Shown one piece after another: positions 45,951-55,362 of a stretch of 64,000 nt of DNA. Position 1 is the first letter of the stretch. Every line of letters starts with the position of its first letter. The DNA lies in the IMG/VR virus record IMGVR_UViG_3300027985_000627, positions 23,319-87,318 of that record. The stretch is one strand, 5' to 3'. Under the pieces are notes generated by a model. That model was not told the origin of the DNA, searched no databases, and was given only the letters and a program-made list of their open reading frames with translations. Made by a program: the position numbers and the translations under genes. The DNA comes from a virus.

Positions 45951-47177
45951 CTAGGCGACGGTCAGGGACACGACGGCTTCGGGGTGCTTCAGGACGGGCA
46001 GACCCTTATCCTGAACACGCAGCCACACACCTTCCGGATCCCACTCGTCCTTCGTATCGGCGAAACGACCGAAACGACCAGACAGACCGAAGGGCGCCTG
46101 AAGGAACTCGGCGATGCTGTCACCGTCAATGGTGCGGGAGAACATAAGCACCTTGTTGTCGGCAACAAACTTCTTCTTCATGGTCACCTGGGACGAACCC
46201 ACAGCGTAGGAAGAAGTGGGAGCGGCCGAGACAGTTACGGTATTGGCCGTCTTGCTGACCGCGGTAATGGTCTTCTCTTCGTAGGAATCCGGGGTGGCCA
46301 GATTCTTGAAACGAAGCTTGCCGCCGACTTCGAAGTCGGTAGCGTCGTCCACAGAGACAACCGTGGTCGAACCGCCAGTCACAGCCGCAGTCGGGTAAGC
46401 CTGGACTTCGAAAACCTCGTCGTAAAGGGTCAGAGTGCCGATACCGAGGAGTTCAGCCAGAACACGGGCCGGGTTGGCGAACAGATCGCCGTCACCGAAA
46501 GTGGACTTCTTCAGAAGGTCCTGAATGTTGGCGTCAAAGAGCAGAAGCTTCAGAGTCGCAGTATTCAGAAAAACGTCGGAGACCGTGTAACCGTAGTTAT
46601 CAGCGATCAGTTCCTTGACCTCGAAGATGTCCTTGACCGGGTTGCGCGAAGAGCCGGTGCCCCACACGTAGTTGCCAGCAAGGGTGATCTTGTTCTGAGT
46701 CGGGATGGCGTAATCGACGCTGAAACGGAGACCGCCCTTGGACTGGTAGGTGATAGCACCTTCGGTCAGCATCTTGGCAACCATCCACTCACGACGACGC
46801 TGGTTGCGGCGAGTGAGCTTCACAGCCTGCTTGGCGATCTGACGCTGGGCAGTCATCTTGGTTTCATGGGTTCCGGGCAAGCGCAGATTGTTCAGAATCA
46901 CCTCATCGAGGTAAGTCTTTTCCTTCCAGAACGCAGCAGCCGCAGAACCTTTACCGATACCATCCAGTCCGACAGTCGGAGCCTGGGCACCGGGGGCCAC
47001 AAACGGGGTCATCCCGCCACTGCCGTACTCAATCTCCCATTCGATCTGATCGGACGGGTAATTGATGGCCGGGAACATGCCCGAGAACAGCAAATTCGGA
47101 GCCGGCGGCACCTTGCTGACCAGAGCATTGAGCGTGGTGAGATGGAGAGCAGGAATCGCGTCCGCACCTTTAGGCAT
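45951..47177 (-). CDS. major capsid protein (lambda gpE-like family) with inserted beta domain
   Basis: TPFVAPG, RR.EWM...L..G, VDY.IP, W....P..D, DP.G.W....GLP. Confidence 0.88.
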   Translation of the reverse strand: MPKGADAIPALHLTTLNALVSKVPPAPNLLFSGMFPAINYPSDQIEWEIEYGSGGMTPFVAPGAQAPTVGLDGIGKGSAAAAFWKEKTYLDEVILNNLRLPGTHETKMTAQRQIAKQAVKLTRRNQRRREWMVAKMLTEGAITYQSKGGLRFSVDYAIPTQNKITLAGNYVWGTGSSRNPVKDIFEVKELIADNYGYTVSDVFLNTATLKLLLFDANIQDLLKKSTFGDGDLFANPARVLAELLGIGTLTLYDEVFEVQAYPTAAVTGGSTTVVSVDDATDFEVGGKLRFKNLATPDSYEEKTITAVSKTANTVTVSAAPTSSYAVGSSQVTMKKKFVADNKVLMFSRTIDGDSIAEFLQAPFGLSGRFGRFADTKDEWDPEGVWLRVQDKGLPVLKHPEAVVSLTVA

Positions 47178-47192
47178 CTGAGTAGACCTCCC

Positions 47193-47897
47193 TTATTTGA
47201 TGTAGACGTAATTCCCGTCTTCGACAGCGGACAAGTCAGACTTAGCCGCGGTGTCGTAAGAAACGAGAGCGCCTTTGTTGAGAACAGCATTGCCGAGAAT
47301 AACGCTCGACAGGGCCCCGTTGGCCGTGGAGCCAACACCAGTGTCCACAGCCTGATCCAAGACGTACTTGGCAGTGCTGTACTTTCCAGAAGCTCCGGTT
47401 TCAACGTACACAGCCGTCTTATTGGCGATAGTGAACGTAGCACCCGACAGAGCGGTGGTGAAAGTGATCGTCGCCCAAACAGAACTGGTAGTACGATCAA
47501 TGGCGGTGATAGCTCCGAGGTTGTTGTACGCCGGAGAACCACCGGAGTTAGACACGATGATAAGATCGTCCCCGACAACGAATCGGTAAGAATCTTCCAT
47601 CGCAACCCGCAGAGTGGTGGCGGCGTTCGCAACGTCAGCAAGAACGTAGCAACGGCCGACCGCATCCACGAGATGGTCGGTAATAACGTAAGGAACCAGC
47701 TTGCCGACGTTTCCAGCGGCAGACAGGTTCTCAGCAAGAACCGTTCCGGCCTGAAGAACGCCGTAGCCAGCAGCAATCTCTTTACCAGGAGTCAGATGTG
47801 CATACTCCGGCTTGGAGAAGTAGAGGGCTTTCTGGCCGGCGACTTCCGGGCCATGGTACACGTAAGGCATATTGCCAGGCATGGTGTATCCTCCCAT
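47193..47897 (-). CDS. head decoration protein (gpD-like) with inserted beta domain
   Basis: GYGVL.AGTVLA, K.VPY; directly before the MCP. Confidence 0.72.
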   Translation of the reverse strand: MGGYTMPGNMPYVYHGPEVAGQKALYFSKPEYAHLTPGKEIAAGYGVLQAGTVLAENLSAAGNVGKLVPYVITDHLVDAVGRCYVLADVANAATTLRVAMEDSYRFVVGDDLIIVSNSGGSPAYNNLGAITAIDRTTSSVWATITFTTALSGATFTIANKTAVYVETGASGKYSTAKYVLDQAVDTGVGSTANGALSSVILGNAVLNKGALVSYDTAAKSDLSAVEDGNYVYIK

Positions 47898-47913
47898 TCA
47901 AAGGTTTCTGAGG

Positions 47914-48456
47914 TTACTGGGTGATGCCCAAATCCTTGAGCATCGAAGCAGCGAGTTCCTCGCCGTCCTTATCCGAGAAGTTCTCAGCCGGAGCCGCAGC
48001 CTTCTTGAAGCTGCCGCCACCACCCTGAACCGGAGAATCCGCCGGGGCAATAGTTTCGGCCCAGTCAGCGACTTCTTTCTTGACATGTTCGGCAAAAGCC
48101 GCCTTGTCAAGCTTGTTGTCGTTCACGAAGTGGTCATAATGGATATGACCGGAAATCTTTTCCTGAATCCGGGGAGAGAAGCTGTACTCGCCGAGTTCCT
48201 TGTTGATGATAGACTTGGCTTCGGAAGCGGTCTCGCGCTCAGTGACCTTGGCGGCAAAAGCCTCCAGAGTGTCGAGGCGGGTGACAAGGCCGGTCTTCTC
48301 TTCGCCCAGCTTGGCGATGTCCTTTTCCTTGTCTTTCACCTTGGCTTCCAGTTCGGAAATCTTGTCCGAAAAGCCGGCAGAGGCCTCAGCCTGAACTTTG
48401 CTCACGAACGCTTTGAATTCGGCGTCGTCGCTGAAGTTTGCGGGGTCAAACGGCAT
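47914..48456 (-). CDS. nested in-frame scaffolding protein
   Basis: AAGGAGG RBS before the internal ATG (MPFDPA); codon usage shifts here. Confidence 0.65.
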   Translation of the reverse strand: MPFDPANFSDDAEFKAFVSKVQAEASAGFSDKISELEAKVKDKEKDIAKLGEEKTGLVTRLDTLEAFAAKVTERETASEAKSIINKELGEYSFSPRIQEKISGHIHYDHFVNDNKLDKAAFAEHVKKEVADWAETIAPADSPVQGGGGSFKKAAAPAENFSDKDGEELAASMLKDLGITQ

Positions 48457-49065
48457 GACCGTTTCCTCCTTGGTTAAACGTTCCTCGATATATGAAAAAG
48501 TTTCCTTATCGCTGTCCTGAAATACTTGCGATTGGGTGTTGCTGTCAACCCCAAAAACGCAAACGCTGCCCTCTCTATAGTGACAGTCTTTCCAAATAGC
48601 GACCGGACCTTTCACCACCTGCCCATTGACAATCATCTCATCACCTTCACTCAATCTGGTGACTTTCGTGGGACGAATAGAGATAGAAGCCTGGTACGGA
48701 AAACCCTGCCGACCGTAATTCACAACTTCATCGGCGAATTCCGTATCCATAACGGTGATGTCTTCAAGATGCACCCCCTGAAGACCATTTTCAGATTCAA
48801 TTATTTTGGGTTTGGAAGAAAAGCCGATAATCTTGCTCTGATCGTGATCCCGAAGAACCGGGAACTTTTTTCCGCTGAACTTGAGAGAATTGACATCAAT
48901 GACGACATCTCCCCAATACCAGTGGTTAACTTTACCACCGGAATACAACGGTGTAATCTTCAGGCTTTTCTTTCCATCAGTACCTTCACGGAAATCGAAT
49001 TGGGTGTTTTGGCCCATATCGAATTGAAAAGCTTTCTTCGGGATTCTGTCAGTCTTCGTCGCCAT
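47914..49065 (-). CDS. prohead protease-scaffold fusion
   Basis: GGAGG RBS; YSGG, LRDH...IG, FPYQASI, E.SVC.FG.D protease; C-terminal coiled coil. Confidence 0.8.
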   Translation of the reverse strand: MATKTDRIPKKAFQFDMGQNTQFDFREGTDGKKSLKITPLYSGGKVNHWYWGDVVIDVNSLKFSGKKFPVLRDHDQSKIIGFSSKPKIIESENGLQGVHLEDITVMDTEFADEVVNYGRQGFPYQASISIRPTKVTRLSEGDEMIVNGQVVKGPVAIWKDCHYREGSVCVFGVDSNTQSQVFQDSDKETFSYIEERLTKEETVMPFDPANFSDDAEFKAFVSKVQAEASAGFSDKISELEAKVKDKEKDIAKLGEEKTGLVTRLDTLEAFAAKVTERETASEAKSIINKELGEYSFSPRIQEKISGHIHYDHFVNDNKLDKAAFAEHVKKEVADWAETIAPADSPVQGGGGSFKKAAAPAENFSDKDGEELAASMLKDLGITQ

Positions 49066-49216
49066 CGCGTCCTCCGAAATTTGAAAAAACGTCTGTTTCT
49101 TTCCTATCAAGATTCTCAGTCACCAGTTGACCATCTTGTATAGTTCCTAAAAAATAAATGCAACTGGGTTTGTGGTTGTTTTCAGGATTCAAACAGAACG
49201 GGCACCTAGGCTCCAT
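49049..49216 (-). CDS. 55-aa CxxC...HxxxC protein
   Basis: MEPRCPFC...HKPSC; overlaps both the portal end and the protease start. Confidence 0.4.
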   Translation of the reverse strand: MEPRCPFCLNPENNHKPSCIYFLGTIQDGQLVTENLDRKETDVFSNFGGRDGDED

Positions 49217-50870
49217 CTTTGGTCTTTTTTCGAAGCTTGGGCTTTTCTTTTGCGTCATTCTTTTCCACCTTCTTCTCCGTAGTTCCGGAAGTTTTAGAAG
49301 GTTCACCCTCAGCTTTTTCTTGGGACGTTTCCTGATCCACTTCAGGAAGCAATTCCGGAAAACGCTTTTCTTCAGAAGCAGCCAGCAAACGCTCTCTGCG
49401 ATAATTCCTGAAACCCATTTTCTTGGCAAGAGATTCGTTGGATATACCGAGCGTTTTGTTCAAAGAGCCGTGTTTGACACCGAGAAGACCCTTAGCACGA
49501 CCTTCGTAGTCGGAAACTTCAGAAGAAGGAAAGTCCACGTACACAAGTTCGTACGGTTCTTTCTTCACTTTCTTGAAAACCGGTTCTTGATCCTTGTAGT
49601 CAATGCACTCTTCCACAGTGTACGTCTTAGCAATCGCGCCAGCTTCAGCAGCCAAGAAAAGAATGGGTCGGTACATATCCATAATGAGAAAACGACCGAA
49701 ATACGCGCAAAGGTCACTTACTCGGTCACTCTGCGGTCCGCGAGAAGCTTTGACAGAAGCGAACGTACCTTTCGATTGACCAGTAATAACGTCCTCAGGA
49801 GCATTCAATCCAGACGTTACCATGTGCAAGATGTCTGTATCAGCTTCAGATATTTTGGGAAGCTGCGGATTCTTCACTTCGATGTCAATACCAGGAGGAA
49901 GAATAAGCTGACCACCAGGAACCTTCTTCGACATAATACCAGTTTTCTTTCTGTCTTCATCCGAAAGAGAAAGCCACAAACGAAATGCTTTAGGATCCTG
50001 CATCTTAACGACCCACAAATAAGCTCCGCTGGCTTTCTTGTGGTCGATTTCGTATTGCTTCAAGTTTTCGTAGAAGTTCACCCATTTGATGATGGTACGG
50101 AGATGGGAAAGATTTCGGCCGGTAAACAATCCACGATCCCATTGAATAACAAACTGCTTGAAACCGTTGAACTTCTTGTACATCCGTTTAGGAGAACGAC
50201 TGGGCTTAAACAATTCAGCATTGAACTGCTGGTGTTTAACAACCCATTCATCCCAAAGTTCCGGGTAATACGCGAGATAGATAGACGGAATGAACTGATG
50301 GTTATTACCAAACTCACCGTCGTTATCCTGAAAGCTGTAGAACAACGGCATGTTGGCCTTACGAGGGTGACACACAATACCGTCGTTCTGTGATTTACCT
50401 ATACCAGTGACAGTACCAGGATCACGAAAATCCACTTCAACAAAACCATCATCATGTAAAGTGAGAACAAGATAAAGCTCGCCTTCAACAAGACCACGTC
50501 CAAAATGCTTCGTGTGATTTGTATACAGATTGTTTCGAGGGTCGTTAGCAATCTTTTTGAGGTAGTTGTTGAGTTCGTATATGTCGCTGGAGATTTCGAA
50601 ACCGTCTCCGGTAACTCTTCCTATAGTGTCCCAAACACTAGTATGAACCTGTGGTGAATCAAGAAATTTGTTCCAACATTCATTCTGAATCTTTTGGAAT
50701 GTGAGACTATTCACACCAGTACCACGACCAATCGTGATAGTGAACCCATCTTCGTCCACTTCTGTGGTAGGAGCAGAAGGTGTGGTTTGCCAAGGAAAAG
50801 AGAATCCTATCTTGGTGAGGACGTCTTCCGGAAGGAGGTCCAAGAGTTCAACTTTTTCTTCCTGGTTCAT
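49206..50870 (-). CDS. portal protein
   Basis: 554 aa between TerL and protease; G...GE.Y, PG..L.LPPG, SGLN.P. Confidence 0.8.
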   Translation of the reverse strand: MNQEEKVELLDLLPEDVLTKIGFSFPWQTTPSAPTTEVDEDGFTITIGRGTGVNSLTFQKIQNECWNKFLDSPQVHTSVWDTIGRVTGDGFEISSDIYELNNYLKKIANDPRNNLYTNHTKHFGRGLVEGELYLVLTLHDDGFVEVDFRDPGTVTGIGKSQNDGIVCHPRKANMPLFYSFQDNDGEFGNNHQFIPSIYLAYYPELWDEWVVKHQQFNAELFKPSRSPKRMYKKFNGFKQFVIQWDRGLFTGRNLSHLRTIIKWVNFYENLKQYEIDHKKASGAYLWVVKMQDPKAFRLWLSLSDEDRKKTGIMSKKVPGGQLILPPGIDIEVKNPQLPKISEADTDILHMVTSGLNAPEDVITGQSKGTFASVKASRGPQSDRVSDLCAYFGRFLIMDMYRPILFLAAEAGAIAKTYTVEECIDYKDQEPVFKKVKKEPYELVYVDFPSSEVSDYEGRAKGLLGVKHGSLNKTLGISNESLAKKMGFRNYRRERLLAASEEKRFPELLPEVDQETSQEKAEGEPSKTSGTTEKKVEKNDAKEKPKLRKKTKDGA

Positions 50871-50891
50871 ATATGTTTCCTATGATTTAGG

Positions 50892-50920
50892 CGGTTACAA
50901 ACCATTTCAAATATTGTCAA
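50892..50920 (-). promoter_or_regulatory. candidate promoter upstream of portal
   Basis: TTGACA-N17-TAACCG in the intergenic gap. Confidence 0.35.
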
Positions 50921-50929
50921 GCAAAATTT

Positions 50930-52765
50930 TTATGCGGGCAACGATTCGTTTGAATAGAACGAACCAAAGTAAACAGAACCACCAATAGGACGAAAATCGT
51001 CCTGTGTCAAAGTCCGTCCACCAAATACGCACCAAGCAAGAGCGTACATGGTGTCATCCTGTATACCGTTCTTTGTGTTCTTCTCAGGCGACCCGTAGAA
51101 CTTCTTGTGTGCGTCATGGTCAAGCATTTGAGCTTCTTCGTAAAGGATATTGGGTCCTTTTGTGCCAGGAACTACTACTTCCGGACACTTAATACGCCCG
51201 GTTTTGTACAAATTGAACACTTCGGTGAATGCTGTTTTCTGCTTTTCGTAAGACGGATGGACAAGCTCGTACTTTATTCCGTTTTCGTCACACCACGGTT
51301 CCAAGTCGAACATAGCCCATCTTTCACTGCAAATTGTCTCAATTGTTCCGTATTCATCGCGCATCCGCTGCAATTCCAGTTTAATATCTTCCAAAGTGCT
51401 TGTTTCCACGTGACAAACGTTCAAAATGAAGTACACGTAGTTCGGTGCGCCAGAGCGTTCATTCGTCTCAAATTTCGTACTTTTGCTGCCAGGAAGCCCT
51501 TTTGCGACAGCAACAATCATGGTTCTAGCGCCCACTTCCATGTCTTTTTTCGTAGGATCCGCACGGTCAATACCCACGGAAATAGCAAAATCGGTGTCGT
51601 ATCTGTCAGATAATTGCTTCAAATCGTGTGCGGAAGCCATAGTTGGTATACCAAAACCATCTTTTAACGAGTATATTTCTTCAATTGGGATCAATCTCCG
51701 AAGGATTTCACGCACTTGCGAGTCTTCTTTCATCGTATCCTGGTGTTTATTCTTCAGTCCTTCGATTGTTTGACCCAATTCGTACTTTTTATGCAAAGCC
51801 TGCTGTATTTGTGCTTCTCCACCAAGCATTCCATCAATTCCGATGTACCCAAGACTCTCAATCATGGGAACAGTGAACAGTTTGCCGACACCGACGCTCC
51901 AAGTGTTCAGGAAGTACCTTCTGAAGTCTTCAGGTAAGAACTTGGAACGGTATGACGACAACTGCTTCTGCGTCATATTCGGGTGCCAGTAATCTTTATA
52001 GTGGCCGTTCAAGCTGTAGCGATAATGGAAGAACAAGGACGGGTCTTCACCGCTCTTGTACGTTTCATAGAGCTTGTAGAGTATGTGATTTTTCTCAGAA
52101 ACAGTGGAATCTATCGTACCAAGGGCATTGGGGATGTTTCTGATGGAACCGTCAAGCTGTGTATAGAACTTCGGATTCTTCATGTCGAAGATTTCCGAGA
52201 ACGTGTATCCGGTGATGTTCGAAACGATACCTGAGAAAGAAGAAATGGGTCGGATAAACGAGACAGTTTCACCTTTCCTATTCTTCATGCGGATTTCTTT
52301 TTCTTGAATGTTCTTCTTTCCAAGGATTTTGACCAAACGTGGGGAATTCAAGATTGTGTCGCGCATGATATCGAAGTGAACAAACTTGGTCTGGTCTTTA
52401 GAGTTCGCACCAAGGACGATCATTTGCTTAGGCCAGCAAAAGAACTTCCAAAGCTGTATGAGAACGACGACCGCAGATTTGCCTTCACCACGAGGCCAAC
52501 AGAATATAATAAGACGATGCAGAAAACGTCCGTTTTCGTCCATCTGCAAAGCTTGACGGAGAACATACTTCTGTTCGTCCCAAAAATCCTGGAAGCTTCT
52601 TCCTGTTTCAGGATCAAGATCATCAGGCAGCGAGTGCATAGGCACCCACTCAGGAATCAATTTGCCAGGGGGAGTCAACGGGATGTAGAGGAAGTCTTCG
52701 CACCACTGAATGAATCCATCACCACCGTTTCTGTAAACCGAGATATCTTTGATTTGATTCGGCAT
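50930..52765 (-). CDS. terminase large subunit
   Basis: WPRGEGKS Walker A, A...DQ, ST coupling motif, GIDRA and QDD..YA nuclease acidic residues. Confidence 0.87.
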   Translation of the reverse strand: MPNQIKDISVYRNGGDGFIQWCEDFLYIPLTPPGKLIPEWVPMHSLPDDLDPETGRSFQDFWDEQKYVLRQALQMDENGRFLHRLIIFCWPRGEGKSAVVVLIQLWKFFCWPKQMIVLGANSKDQTKFVHFDIMRDTILNSPRLVKILGKKNIQEKEIRMKNRKGETVSFIRPISSFSGIVSNITGYTFSEIFDMKNPKFYTQLDGSIRNIPNALGTIDSTVSEKNHILYKLYETYKSGEDPSLFFHYRYSLNGHYKDYWHPNMTQKQLSSYRSKFLPEDFRRYFLNTWSVGVGKLFTVPMIESLGYIGIDGMLGGEAQIQQALHKKYELGQTIEGLKNKHQDTMKEDSQVREILRRLIPIEEIYSLKDGFGIPTMASAHDLKQLSDRYDTDFAISVGIDRADPTKKDMEVGARTMIVAVAKGLPGSKSTKFETNERSGAPNYVYFILNVCHVETSTLEDIKLELQRMRDEYGTIETICSERWAMFDLEPWCDENGIKYELVHPSYEKQKTAFTEVFNLYKTGRIKCPEVVVPGTKGPNILYEEAQMLDHDAHKKFYGSPEKNTKNGIQDDTMYALAWCVFGGRTLTQDDFRPIGGSVYFGSFYSNESLPA

Positions 52766-52767
52766 GA

Positions 52768-53466
52768 TTACACCTCAAAAACTTCGTCAGGCTTCAAACG
52801 GCGTTGAAGTTTCTTTCGGCGTCCAGGAACCGGTTTCTCTTCTTTCTTCTGTTTTCTCTGGCGAGTAAACCAGTCAGCTTTTTCAGCAGCCGCAGCTTCT
52901 TTGCCAGCGGTAGTTTCAGAAGCGTCAGTGTTGTCGAACAAGTTGTCACACCAGTCGGAAGTGTCTTCACCGGTTCCAGCACCAAGGAACTTTTCAAGTG
53001 GTTCGTCAGAAACTGAACCGCGTAAAGAACGAGTAGCAATGGTTATGGAACGAAGGGTTTCACGGATTTCTTTGTAGACAGGATGGATTTTGATTCCACC
53101 TTTTTCAGTAAAGTAGGAAGGAGAATCCAAACCAAGTTCCAGGATTTTGAATTTCACAAGATGTCCATAAAGAGGGACAATGTGCAGACCGATCGTGTTC
53201 ATAATGGAAGGGGTGATCGCCCCAACAGTTTCCATTTCTTCGACAAGGCCTTGGATGATGTTAGACACGTACTTGAACTGAAGAGTACAACGTCCGGTTT
53301 TCTGGTAATGGCATTTTTCTTCGATCACGCACCGTTCACCTTTGCAGTCTTCCACAGCATCCCAAACAACAAGTTGCAAACGTTCTTTACCAACGGAAAT
53401 AGACCCTTTAGTCAAAGCGATGGAACCGAAGTTATTTTTGGTATTGGTAGGGATGTCAACCGACAT
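52768..53466 (-). CDS. putative terminase small subunit
   Basis: GGAGG RBS; immediately before TerL; KIHP motif; Cys cluster. Confidence 0.62.
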   Translation of the reverse strand: MSVDIPTNTKNNFGSIALTKGSISVGKERLQLVVWDAVEDCKGERCVIEEKCHYQKTGRCTLQFKYVSNIIQGLVEEMETVGAITPSIMNTIGLHIVPLYGHLVKFKILELGLDSPSYFTEKGGIKIHPVYKEIRETLRSITIATRSLRGSVSDEPLEKFLGAGTGEDTSDWCDNLFDNTDASETTAGKEAAAAEKADWFTRQRKQKKEEKPVPGRRKKLQRRLKPDEVFEV

Positions 53467-53490
53467 AAGAACCTCCTTTATGAAAGCACA

Positions 53491-53519
53491 GAAATAGACG
53501 CAGAAAAGGAGCGTGTCAA
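53491..53519 (-). promoter_or_regulatory. candidate promoter of the packaging/structural operon
   Basis: TTGACA-N17-TATTTC upstream of the terS RBS. Confidence 0.4.
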
Positions 53520-53677
53520 GCATGGGCAGGAAACTTATTTGTAGTGTCTTACGGACAGCGTTTCATGATTAACAACGTGTGTTGTGTCTCATACGTGAGA
53601 AACAAACGCGGGAAGTGTCTCTGGAGAAGCGTGGAAACGTGTTTATACTCTGATACTATGAAGAAAAAGGAGCCAGT

Positions 53678-54671
53678 ATGACAGATGAAGAATTGATGCG
53701 GGAAGCTTTGTCGCTTTGCGGAAAAAACGGAGCACATCTTTTATATCTCACAAGGTTTGGTTCAGAACTCTACGGAACGAACACGATCAATTCCGACACG
53801 GACGCGAAAGGAGTGTTCCTCCCTAACCTCGATGATTTGATCTTGGGAAAAGCTCCGAAGAACTTAATCTACAAAACATCGGATAACGGTGAAAGAAACA
53901 CCAAGGACGATGTGGACATAAACCTTTGGAGTTTGCAGTATTGGTTGGAGTTACTCCAGAAAGGTGACACCAATGCCATCGACTTGCTTTTCTCTTACAA
54001 CAGTCCAAGCATGATTTACTGTGTCAACGGTTTGGAATACATGATGGAAGAAAACTACGGAAAATTCTACAGCCCGAAAAATCTTTCAGCGTACACGGGT
54101 TACATCATCGGACAAGCTAAGAAATACGGAGTCAAAGGTTCTAGGCTTGGTGTTATTAAAAGAGTCTACGAATGGTTGGACGAAAACATAACCGTTGGTA
54201 GACTGGAACACTTCATGGATGCAATCCTGAAGGAATGCGGAGAACCTTCGTATTGCTTTGAAAAAGAAGTGAACAACCAACGGTCGGTAATCTTATGCGG
54301 CAAAGTCCACCAAGGCACAATCCAGATGGACGAGTTTAGGGATAGGATTCAAAAGGATTATGAAGGTTACGGAGAAAGAGCAAGATTGGCGGAACAGAAT
54401 GAAGGCATAGACTGGAAAGCTTTAAGTCATGCGGTGAGGTGTATCCACCAAATGACTATGCTCTTGAAAAATGGCAGAATAGTGTTTCCGCTGAAAACGT
54501 CGGAATACTTAAAGCATATCAAACAAGGCAAAAGTCTCTTGGAAAGACGTTGAAAGGATCATGATTGATGGGTTGGAGCAGGTGCAAAGGCTTCAACAAG
54601 AATATCCGAAGGAAAAGGACCAGTTCGACACCAAATTCAGAGACAGTTTTATTTTATCTTGGTATAAGTAA
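53678..54671 (+). CDS. DNA pol beta-superfamily nucleotidyltransferase, apparently frameshifted near the C-terminus (first frame stops at 54553)
   Basis: FGSxLYGT...SDxD, DWKALSHAVR; continuation VSWKDVE...FRDSFILSWYK in the +1 frame after AAAA 54530-54533. Confidence 0.8.
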
Positions 54672-54685
54672 TAAGGAGGGTTGAA

Positions 54686-55222
54686 ATGCAAGATTTCATT
54701 TCTAGGTGTGATAGTTGCGGACAGATTCTGGAACACAGAACAGTTTTGACAAAAAGTGGATTGGAACTCTCGATTGTCCCGTGCGGTCAATGCCACCCAC
54801 CGATTAAGGAGGACGAGGAAGATGGTTGGAACTGGAGCTTCTCATTAAGAAAGAGCAATGGAAATTTGGTAAGACTAGAACCTATCAATGTGAACAACAA
54901 GGGACACTACATCCATTTCCATTCAGACCATCTATTAATAGTAGAGCAACAAGAGAGGCATTGGAAAGAAAAAGCGGAGGCATTGCAGAAAAGACTGGAA
55001 AAAGAAGAAAAAGTTTTGTGGTCATGTCTTTCTTGCAAGCATTGGATATTCAATGATGATTTCGAAGATTGCGGAGACTACAAAAGCTGCAAATTGACGG
55101 AAACGTACTCCCAGGTTTCGCAAGTTCCATTCCCGAAAGCAAAAAGCATGAGTAGGATCGGTGGAAGCATCCTTTTAACCAAATACGATTTCTGTTGTAC
55201 CAATTACGAAAAGAAGGAGTAA
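54686..55222 (+). CDS. Cys-rich hypothetical protein
   Basis: GGAGG RBS; CxxC...CxxC and C-terminal CxxCKH...C...FCC..YE. Confidence 0.65.
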   Translation: MQDFISRCDSCGQILEHRTVLTKSGLELSIVPCGQCHPPIKEDEEDGWNWSFSLRKSNGNLVRLEPINVNNKGHYIHFHSDHLLIVEQQERHWKEKAEALQKRLEKEEKVLWSCLSCKHWIFNDDFEDCGDYKSCKLTETYSQVSQVPFPKAKSMSRIGGSILLTKYDFCCTNYEKKE

Positions 55223-55362
55223 GAAGATGAACAGTCCGTATGCTACGACATGGGCAGAACATATCTTGTATGATCTTGATAGGTGGCGTATGCGGATAGC
55301 AATGTCCTTCATGTTTCTAATTTTGTACGGACATATGAACGTAGACGATTAGGAGGAATAAC

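Noticed and set aside
45984-47924. 646-aa + strand ORF (also 42034-43269, 49158-50393, 3047-4225, 12463-13713, 13997-14923)
   Set aside because: Antisense shadows of codon-biased genes with clear phage functions; no motifs or RBS
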